64,000 nt of DNA from Octopus bimaculoides (Eukaryota), in the NCBI RefSeq assembly GCF_001194135.2, contig NC_068998.1, positions 51,979,168 through 52,043,167 on the forward strand. The letters run 5' to 3'. The notes beneath the pieces were generated by a model, which saw nothing but the letters and a program-made list of their open reading frames with translations, ran no database searches and was not told the DNA's origin. Both the position numbers and the translations under genes were made by a program. Positions 29,257 to 38,759 of the stretch are shown here, in pieces; position 1 is the first letter of the stretch; each line of letters opens with the position of its first letter.

Positions 29257-29472
29257 CCCTTCAGCATTTAAACTGGCCATATCTGGCCATAATATTCTAC
29301 CTGTTTTATTTTCAAACTGGTCAGATCTGTCATGTCAAACCTACCCTGCCATGTCATTCTGAGAATAAACAATCACATCATCAAAATTTGAATGCTACAA
29401 GATAATGCATGATTAATTCAAAATAATGTGTATAAGTACTGCATTGGATAGGGTAATCTGAATGCTAAAGGG
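29257..29472. mobile_element. piggyBac-type MITE, family 1 (best copy)
   Basis: TTAA|CCCTTCAGCATT...AATGCTAAAGGG|TTAA: CCC/GGG termini, short TIR, TTAA TSD. Related copies at ~2960-3176, ~32816-33039 and ~45890-45960. Confidence 0.8.
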
Positions 29473-31703
29473 TTAAACTGCATCCAATTGTGGGGCATTG
29501 GTTTGGAAATTCCAGGGCTTTGAAGAGTGTGGAACCATCTCTTAAGCCACGGTTGTTCTTCGGTCTACTTTGATCAAGAGTAGTAGCATCTGTTAGGGTC
29601 CCAGTAATAGGTTAATTAGCTTGTCATGGGATTGTCTGTGGCAGAAGGTCACTCACAAACACGTCAACAGACCCAAGGCAAGTGAGGCATTTCAGCTCTT
29701 TAACTGCTCATCTAAGAGGAGGTAACTCCATACAAACCCTACATCTCAATAACGACAGGGCTTCTGACACTCATTGAACCAGACCAATATAAGTGTGAAG
29801 GATGAGAGGGCCAGAGTGACCCTATATAAACCATGTCCTCTATAATAATAAACTCCTGCTGCCTTGAGGAGCAATATACTGAATGTTTAACAAAGGCTAA
29901 GGAAGTAAAATCGCTCAGAAAATCCAGAGGTAGGCACCCTAAGGCTGATGCATATATATTTAACCAATATCTGGCATCTTCTATAGTTCCATGAATGCAA
30001 CAAACTTATTGACTTTCCTTTGTGGTTTATCCATGAGTGGAAAGGTCGTAAGTGTACTTGGTGGTTAGTACTTGGTTCTGGAAACAGCCTAGGCACAGTA
30101 GAGTAACCTTTTCTGCCATACCATCCACTAATGGTTAAAAGGGCCAACCAATATTCTTAGTTTAAAACTAAATACTCTTTTGTCAAATTCAGTGTGGTAC
30201 TAATGTACAAAACTGAAAATGAGACAGATGAAACCAACCAAACCATTTGTAGTTTAGGTGTAAATTCATTAAAAAATAATTTTCTATCTCGAAGGATTAG
30301 GCTGATAGCTTGGATAAATATAATATTATGGAAACAAATCACTTCATTTTCTTTGGTGACCAATTTAAAGATACCATTTCCCTGATGCCAATAATTTGCT
30401 GCAATTCTTGTTCAATAAACTCCTACCTATTTTAGAGCAGCAACACATTTCCAAAATTATAGATGTGTAATTACATTTTCTTTACCCATTACTAGCAGAG
30501 ATATTAACATATTATGGTTGGAGTGGGGTGGGGGTATTATTGCTCAAAACTGTGTTGAATTATATCTATAGTTTTCTAGGAGTCTTTTTCTTGTATTTTA
30601 TTTTTATTCATTTATTTGGGCTGTTGGTATGTTACGTTTAAAAGCTATTACTGTTATTTAACACTCCCTGGAATAAATGAAATTTGTTTATATACAACTG
30701 TAATTTACTGCTAAAATATTTATGTTACCCAAAAGCTCCACAGTTCCTATACTGCACATATCTAGATGCAAACACTGATATTCTAAGCATCTGTCAGCCT
30801 AACTTTTCGAACAAGTTGTTATGGAAATGGGAGAGAGTCTGTGATTTAAAAGACAATTCCTTTCTATAAATTTATAAATAAATGTGATTTAATAAAGATA
30901 GATATATTTTCACATATCAATTATTCAAAATAGTTATCATTTATGAATTATTAGGTTAATATAAAATTGATTTAAAATTGTGTTAGAGTTAATAATTGTA
31001 ATTTATCTTAATCGTTTTATAGCTTGAAATTGTGTGTGTGTGTACATGTACACCCACATATTTTAAATGTTTTATAGCTTGAAGTTTGTATGTGTGTGTT
31101 TGTGTGCCTGTCTGTGTGTGTATATATGTGTATATCTATATAATAAATATATATATATACAAATATATTGATATTTATGCATGCACACATGCACACATCA
31201 TATAAACATACATGATCATTACCAATGAGATTGCCATGCACCCAACAAAAATTAAAGTGTTGTCACTGCTCTACTTTTTCTCTGTTCACTCAGGGCTAAT
31301 TTCACTAAGAGGGGGGAATAGAAAAGAGGTGTTGGTGGAAGATGAACGAGGTGGGAGGAAATGATGGCAACCAGTTTAGAAGGGTGATGAACAGAGTGTA
31401 TTAAATAATTAACAGAGATGATGCGATCCCTCAGTGTAGAGGCATAATGATGGGAGAGATAGAGAGAAGGTGGATAGTAATAAAGGAACGGATAGAAAGC
31501 AGAGAGGTCAAAATCGTTTGGTTTTACCATAGTTTATTCTGATACGAAGACCTTTTGTCAATTTTTCATATTGAGATATAAGTTGGATGGCAGATATGAT
31601 ACACGGCTGTCCTTAATGTCTATTGCTATTTAGTTACATCTCATTAAATTTCCACTTGAAATTCACACTAGTGCAACCTCCACTCATTCTTCCCCATCAA
31701 ACA

Positions 31704-31752
<49 letters not shown>

Positions 31753-32134
31753 TGCCTTTCATCCTTTCAGGGTTGATAAATTCAGTACCAGTTGAACCCT
31801 GGGGTCGATGTAATCAACCAGTCCCCTACTCCTAAAATGACTGCCCATGTGGCAAAATTTGAAACCATCATTATTATTATTATTATTATTATTTTTATTA
31901 TCATTATTATTATTATTATTGTTATTATTATTATGTCAAGTTGGCAGAATCATTAGCATTGCTGAAACAAATGCATTTCTTTTAGTGCTTTACTTTCTTA
32001 GTTCAAATTCCACCAAGGTTGACTTTGCTTTTCTTCCTTTTGGAGTTGATAAAATAAGTACCAGTTAAACACTGGAGTTCATATTATCAACTACCCCCCA
32101 CCCCACCCCACGACCCCCAGAATTTCATACGTGT

Positions 32135-32710
32135 ACTGCCTGACTGACACATAAAAAGCACCATTTGAGCATGGTCGATGCCAATGTCACCGGACTGGCT
32201 CCTGTGTCAGTGGCATGTAAAACGTACCATTCAAGCATGGTCAGTGCCTTGAGCGTGGTCAATACCAGTGCCGCCTGACTGGCTCCTGTGCTGGTGGCAT
32301 GTAAAAAGTACCATTCGAACGTGGTCGATGCCAGTGCCATCTGACTGCCCCCCCCCCCCCNNNNNNNNNNNNNNNNNNNNNNNNNNNNNNNNNNNNNNNN
32401 NNNNNNNNNNNNNNNNNNNNNNNNNNNNNNNNNNNNNNNNNNNNNNNNNNNNNNNNNNNNNNNNNNNNNNNNNNNNNNNNNNNNNNNNNNNNNNNNNNNN
32501 NNNNNNNNNNNNNCCCCCCACGCCGGTGGCATATGAAATGCACCCACTACATTCTAGGAGGGGTTAGCATTAGGAAGAGCATCCAGCTGTAGAAACCTTG
32601 CTGGATCAGATTGGAGCCTGGCGCGCAGCCTCTTGGTTTGCCAGTCCTCAGTCAAACCGTCCAGCATGGACAACGGATGTTAAACGACGATGACGATGAT
32701 GATGATGATG
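32135..32710 (+). mobile_element. SINE-like family C with internal ~60-bp tandem repeats and (GAT)n tail
   Basis: Three to four diverged GACTGGCTCCTGTG..GGTGGCATGTAAAA.G.ACCATT.GA.CGTGGTCGATGCCAGTG units, then TTAGGAAGAGCATCCAGCTGTAGAAAC...TTAAACGACGATG(ATG)n. Relatives at ~16660-16760, 21505-21720(-), 21780-21970(+), 39275-39475(-), 40630-40830(-), 42305-42640(-), 43945-44150(+) and 63010-63230(-). Confidence 0.75.
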
Positions 32711-33602
32711 ACATGCTTGTAGTAGAGAGGAAAATCATTCCAGTGGTAAACTGGCTGGATCTTTAAAGTGCTAAAGTGCTGGAAAATGTACTTTGTCGTA
32801 CTTTCTTCCAGCTCTTTATCCTTTTAGCATTTAAACAGTTCATATCCTGACCAAATATCCTAACTATTTTACACTCAAAAAGACAAGATCCAACTTCTCA
32901 TACCTACCCTACAATGTCATTCTAAAGATACACAATCACATTATCCAAATCTCAGAGCTATGATAAAATGCATGATTAATTCAAAACCATGCAAATAAAT
33001 AAACATTACATTTGACAGTAATCCGACTGTTAAAGGGTTGTGATGCCAACCCACCTGAGACCACTCCCACTGATTCTATAATGCAAACTTCCTGCTTTAA
33101 AGTGATCTAAATTAAAACCTTCCATCCTAATTTCATATTAATTTACAAAGCAAACACCAGGTTAATATTGATAAAAGTTATTTTAATAAATTTTTCATTA
33201 TTTTCAAAATCGATTAAAATGCAGACAGCGTTTTTAACAGAAATATGATAACAAAAGAGTTAAATTCTGTGTTCAAATCCTAATGAGGTTTTTGTCCTTT
33301 GTCCCTTCAGTCTCAATGAATTAAAGCATCAGTCAGGTATTTGGGTTAATGGTATTGATTAGCTCCTCTTCAAAATTACTGTATTTGTGCCTAAATAGGA
33401 AACCATTATTGTTGTTGTTGTTATTTAATAAAATGTGTGAAATAATCAACTGAAGTCTGCTTCAAATTTTATAGCCTTATGCCAATGTATGAATAAAATG
33501 TTTTGTTGTAAAGATTATCATTATTATTATTATTATTTTTCAAGCTGCTGGACAATTATTTTTAATCATTAATATTTTCTTTTATTTCTTACCCAAAAAA
33601 AG

Positions 33603-33673
33603 GGCTATACAGATGAACCCATCTCAAAAATCTTGTGTCATGTTGAAGATGGCCAAGTTGTTCAGCTAGACCG
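33603..33673 (+). CDS. DGKZ: DGK exon [23 protein letters not shown](R)
   Basis: Continues NWGG|GYTDEP as in DGK zeta. Acceptor aaaaaag|, donor CG|gtaaac. 71 nt, phase 0 to 2. Not in the ORF track. Confidence 0.94.
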
Positions 33674-33691
33674 GTAAACACATTTTTCTCA

Positions 33692-33723
<32 letters not shown>

Positions 33724-33727
33724 CCTC

Positions 33728-33806
<79 letters not shown>

Positions 33807-36082
33807 TCCTCTCTCTCAAGCAATTTCATGTAATTTTTTAGTCTTGGAATTTTGTGTACATTTTGAATTTTAAGAAATTACTCTATTTTTTATGCTTATA
33901 TATTATAATATATATATATACACATATAGTAATATAAAATGCTGCAAAGTTCTATTTCCTGAGAACAGATTGGATGACAAACAAAATAAAGTAACCGAAG
34001 CATACTTGAGTTTAAATATTTATTAACTTACAATAAACAGATTACAATTCTGTTTCCCTGCGGAAATTTTCAAACACTTTGGCAACCTGTAAACAATCAG
34101 CTCTCCCTCTCACACACACACACACACACACACACTTGCATCATGGTAGATTTGTTTTGAGGCAGTTTCCTATCAAGTTAGTTATATTGGTCAATTTGAC
34201 CATTGTTTGAAGAGAACGATTTATCTTGAGGTTGTCAACGTACAAGACCATTTTCTATTTAGCATTTTGCTTTGCAAAATTATTTATTCCTATGCTTATG
34301 TGACAAGGCTTCAAATTTCGTATATATGTATGTACCACTATACAATATACAATATGTAAATGTTCTAAAATTTCTGTATTCTCCTGTATTAAAGATTTTG
34401 ATTTATACTAAAGATACTCTGTATGCCAAATACAGTTAGATTTAACTCTATTGTTACCATAATTCTGTTAAAATACACTGACTTTGCTTAGTTTATACTT
34501 AAAAGTATATGAATGAATTTTGGAAAATATCTTAATTGTTGATTTTTCAAACATAATCTACATTTTGATGGAAGGTTTTATCTTAGGTCATTATAAAACC
34601 ATGAGTGTGTATTGTAGAACTAAATGTCGATGCTGAGTGGGTTGGCATCAAAAGGATGTCAAATGTTTTGCCTTACAATATGAATAACTATAAGATCAAA
34701 ATTCGGTAGTAATTTCATCAGAGAATTTCCGCCAAGGTCGACCTTGCTTTTCATCTTTCCAGGGTCAACAAAATAAGTACCAGTTGAGCACTGGGGTCTG
34801 TTGGTCTCTTATGCCAAACTGCTAAGTTTTGATAGGGGACACACACATATATATATGTTATGGTCTTCTTTCAGTTTCCATCTACCAAATCTAAATCCAC
34901 AATCCTTTGTTTGGCCTCAGGATATGTTGGAAGTTACTTGCCCAAGGTCCATATAGTGGGACTGAACCTGGAACCACGTAGCTGGGAAGCAAACTTCTTA
35001 CCACACAGCCATGCTTGTGCTTATACTTGTTGATATTGTCTATATGGAAAGGATGTCATTGTTAAAAGTATTGAATTTAGATTGATTGATTACTTCTAGA
35101 ATATTTCAGTTGTGTCATCTCCAAGATAAAAGTGATTAATATTAATTCCCTCTTTCCAAGCAAGTCCTGACACTATTTGCTTTTGCCTCGACTTACCTAG
35201 ATTGAAAAGCCATACCTCTTCGCCTTCTACTTTTTTTCCCCTTTTTTTCTTTTTTCGTTTTCTTTACACAATCCTGTGATTAGCTCTGAGAAGATTGTCG
35301 AGGTGTGAAATATCAGCTTTTAATTTAATATCGACAACCACAAGCTGGTCCAGTTCATGTTAGCATGTGAGAGTAGTTGTAGAACGAAACGAAAAACATT
35401 GCAAATAATGTTCAGTGCCAGCAGTTGATAAGTCCATACACTTGTAACTTGTGGCTATAAAACAGCAAAGGAGAGTCCTGTCTCTGCTATATGCATGGGT
35501 TATTTTGTTGTTTAAAATGACCAAATAGACTTTATTAAATGTGCCATTGTATCAGAGATGCTTTTATTTGTTCCAATCATTGTACTGTGGCCATGCTTAG
35601 GCTCTAACTTCAATAAAGTTTGTTTTATTTTTAATCATTTATATTAATTCCAGTGCTTATTTCAGTCTAGTATTGATTTTTTATTGATCTCTGTTTGGTG
35701 ACATGCTTCTTGACAAAACGCAGATTATGCTTTCAGAAATGACACCAATGTAGATATGGATTTAGGTGCACTTGCATGTGTGTATGGGGGGGGGTTAACT
35801 GTGTGTGAAGGCCTACTTGTGTGTGAATGGGTATGAGTATTTACTCACACATCTGTGTGTGTGTGTGTGTGTGTGTGTGTAGTACAGTCTTCATTTAGTC
35901 TCCATTTTCTAGATTTACTCAGAGCTTTGGTTAGAGTTATAGAAGATGCCCAAAGCACCACTCATTGAGACTCAATCTGAAATTATGTAGTCATGAAGCT
36001 AACATCTGTTCTTTTTTTTTCTCTCTCTCTCTTTTTCATGTCAAATTGGAAATTATTCTATCCACAATTTATTTCCTTCCAG

Positions 36083-36231
36083 CTGGAATCTAGAAGTGAT
36101 TCTAAAAGAAGATGCAGAACCAGATCCACTTGATGAGGGTGCAGCTGATAGACTGCCACTGGATGTTTTCAACAATTACTTCAGCCTTGGAGCTGATGCC
36201 CATGTTGCCTTAGAATTCCATGAGTCACGAG
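36083..36231 (+). CDS. DGKZ: DGK accessory-domain exon
   Basis: ttccttccag| acceptor and G|gtatgt donor. CG+C = Arg, then [49 protein letters not shown] (FNNYFSLG and LEFHESRE motifs). 149 nt, phase 2 to 1. Confidence 0.96.
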
Positions 36232-36334
36232 GTATGTTCTCAATTGTTATTGGTTGATTCAGAAATATTCCTGTAATATCTTTTAAATGGATTTTTTTCT
36301 CTCTGTCAGATAATAATAATAATAATAATCATCA

Positions 36335-36758
36335 TCCTTTTTACTCTAGGCACAAGGCCTGGAATTGGGGAAGGGGGAGATAATTGATTCCATCAACCCC
36401 AATACTTGACTGGTACTTCTTTCATCAACTCCAAAAGAATGAGAGGCAAAGTTGGCTGGTGAAATTTGAACTCAGAACGTAAGAACAGGCGAAATGCCAC
36501 TAAGCATTTTGCCCGGCATGCTAACGATTCTGCCAGCTCGCTGCTTTAATAATAATAATAATAATCTTTTCTACTCTAGGCACAAGGCCTGAAATTTTTG
36601 GGGAGGGAGCCAGTCGATTAGATCAACCCCTATACACAACTGGTACTTAATTTATCGACCCTGAAAGGATGAAAGGCCAAGTTGACCTGGGCGGAATTTG
36701 AACTCAAAACTAAGCATTTTGCCCAGTACGCTAATGATTTTGCCAGCTCGCCACTTTA
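36335..36758 (-). mobile_element. Two tandem SINE family B copies separated by (AAT)n
   Basis: Both begin CTCTAGGCACAAGGCCTG and end GCCAGCTCGC..CTTTAAT(AAT)n on the + strand. Confidence 0.85.
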
Positions 36759-37832
36759 ATGATAATAATAATTAAATAATTTTCTATAATATAACACTTC
36801 TACAACATATTGGATCCTTTTTTTACCACATTTCTGTTGAATTTCTTTACTTTTGACTTTAATTAATTTTGAAAATAATGAACAATTTAGCAAAGTAAGT
36901 TTTTCATTTTTAAGCTGATGTTTACAGCAAAAATTAATATAAAGTTTTTATGGAAGCTTTTAATCTAAATCACTTTAACACAGGAAGTTTGTATCATAGA
37001 AGCAAGGACAGGCTTGGATGCATTAGTAACAAGAGTCGGTATCCATCTGGTTTAAATTATATTTTGGTTTTTGAAGACTTTCTTCTCTGATATCAATGAT
37101 TAACTTTTCTGTTAAAGATGGTGAGTTATAGTCTGTTGCTCTATAACTCCAAGTCAACTCTGATAAGGCAAACCTACAACTGAATTCACTTCAACTGTAA
37201 ATTATATTTAAGACCAGTGGTTCCCAACCCTTTTATTTAAATGAGTTTTCTCACAGATTCCTTTTAATATTCTTATCCTTATGTGTATATATGTCTGTGT
37301 GTGTGAAATTCTGAATTTAGTTCACAGAGCCCCAGTACTACCTTTGCAGACTACCAGTGAGAATATAAACAAACCATCACTTAACAACCTGTGTCGGTGT
37401 GTTTACATCCCCATAATCTGATGGTTCAGCAAAAAAGACAGATGGAATAAGTATCTAGCTAAAAAAAATATATTTGGGTTGATGCATTCAAACTAAAATT
37501 CTTCAAGGCGATGCCACAGTCTAATGACTGAAACTAGTGAAAAAAAAAGACTCCCTGAACTATGTGTGTTCCCTTTTTATTTCCACCCGTTTTCTAGGTT
37601 CTGCAAAATGTCACTGCATTTTCTTCTTCTGACTAAGCCATAGTAAAAAAAATACAAAATGATATCAGATGGAGAGAAGCTTAATTCTTTCCTTCTAAGT
37701 TAGCTCAGGCACTCGTAACTTAACTTCAATATTTTCATACTTGAAACTATTTCATTTACCTTCTGTGACATCTATTTTTAAAAAAGTTCATTGAGTTTTT
37801 ATTAATTTGCCTTCCGTTCTAATTTTTTCCAG

Positions 37833-37888
37833 AAGCTAACCCAGAGAAATTTAATAGTAGATTCAGAAATAAAATGTTTTATGCTGGG
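37833..37888 (+). CDS. DGKZ: DGK accessory-domain exon (E)[18 protein letters not shown]
   Basis: ttttttccag| acceptor and |gtaagt donor. The peptide matches DGK zeta as I recall it. 56 nt, phase 1 to 0. Confidence 0.96.
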
Positions 37889-38069
37889 GTAAGTTTTTTG
37901 TTTGTTTTTCTTTTTTTATTATTTATTTAATTTAAATGTTGCTGCTGCAGTTGTGTAACCCTAGGTTAGCCCCAATTAAGCAGACCTATGATCGTAGGCA
38001 TTCCAACCAATGCCAACGAACTCCATCAGATCACAACTATGTAGGATATACCCCTTTGAGAATACCATA

Positions 38070-38184
38070 TGCACCAATGATAACTGCATGGTATGTAGGA
38101 TTAACCCTGGCATTAACTGTAGAACTAGAAATGTAGTTTACAGCATAAGATGCATAGAAGATGCTTGCAAACCAAATCCAAAAA

Positions 38185-38195
<11 letters not shown>
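38070..38195 (+). pseudogene. Penelope-like element Cys-rich linker and N-terminal part of a GIY-YIG endonuclease (fragment)
   Basis: Translates CTNDNCMVCRINPGINCRTRNVVYSIRCIEDACKPNPKTIYI, fitting the CxxxxCxxC...C..NVVYxIxC...C...YIG pattern. The frame runs into an (AT)n tract and a gap where the G of YIG is expected. Confidence 0.65.
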
Positions 38196-38221
<26 letters not shown>

Positions 38222-38403
38222 GACACATATATNNNNNNNNNNGCTTCACAAAGAAATTTTAGAAATGTTGCCAAACCTTGGAATTTCATTCTTTGAAATT
38301 ATAAACTAATAAAAGAATACAATACAGTTCTATATTTAAGATATGAGGAATTATTTACATTACTTACAATTGACGGATATTTGTCCTCATCTTGTTTGTT
38401 GTT

Positions 38404-38449
38404 AACACAACATTTCTGCTGATATACGCTCCAGCCTACTTCAGGTGTC
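38404..38449 (-). ncRNA. Degenerate hammerhead motif in the left arm (minus strand)
   Basis: Minus strand reads GACAC-CTGAAGT-A-GGCTG(gagcgtatat)CAGCA-GAAAT-GTT-GTGTT. Stem I is intact; the core and stem II base carry substitutions. Confidence 0.55.
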
Positions 38450-38551
38450 TTGGGGGAAATTTCGAACCTTAGGGTTCTTATCCCTAAGGTATTTTTCGAT
38501 GTTGTTGTTGTTATTACTATTCAGGTCACTGCCTGGAATTGAACTTGGAAT

Positions 38552-38618
38552 GCCGTGGCGTTGTGGTTAAGAGTGCGGGCTACTAACCCCAAGATTCCGA
38601 GTTCGATTCCAGGCAGTG
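38552..38618 (+). promoter_or_regulatory. tRNA-derived head with Pol III A box and B box (not a functional tRNA gene)
   Basis: A-box-like TGGCGTTGTGG (38556-38566), anticodon-arm-like GGG-CTACTAA-CCC, and B box GTTCGATTCC (38601-38610). No complete acceptor stem. Confidence 0.7.
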
Positions 38619-38713
38619 ATCTGAATAATAATAATAATAATCATAATAATGATAATAACAACAACATTAAAAAATGCCTTAGGAATGAGAACCCAGGTTC
38701 GAAATTTCCCCAA

Positions 38714-38759
38714 GATACCTGATGAAGGCTGGAGGGTATATCAGCTGAAACGTTGTGCT
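38714..38759 (+). ncRNA. Minimal type I hammerhead ribozyme motif (partly degenerate)
   Basis: GATAC-CTGATGA-A-GGCTG(gagggtatat)CAGCT-GAAAC-GTT-GTGCT. Core CUGAUGA and GAAA are intact, stem II is 5 bp, stem III is the palindrome ACGU, and stem I has one mismatch and two G-U pairs. Confidence 0.7.

Noticed and set aside
36335-36758. CRISPR-like repeat/spacer appearance of the tandem SINE clusters
   Set aside because: Units are ~200-bp diverged SINEs with microsatellite spacers in eukaryotic intron DNA; no cas genes.
38552-38618. Possible tRNA gene (anticodon-like ACT)
   Set aside because: No complete acceptor stem, and it is embedded in a TSD-flanked repeat, so it was treated as a SINE-type head.
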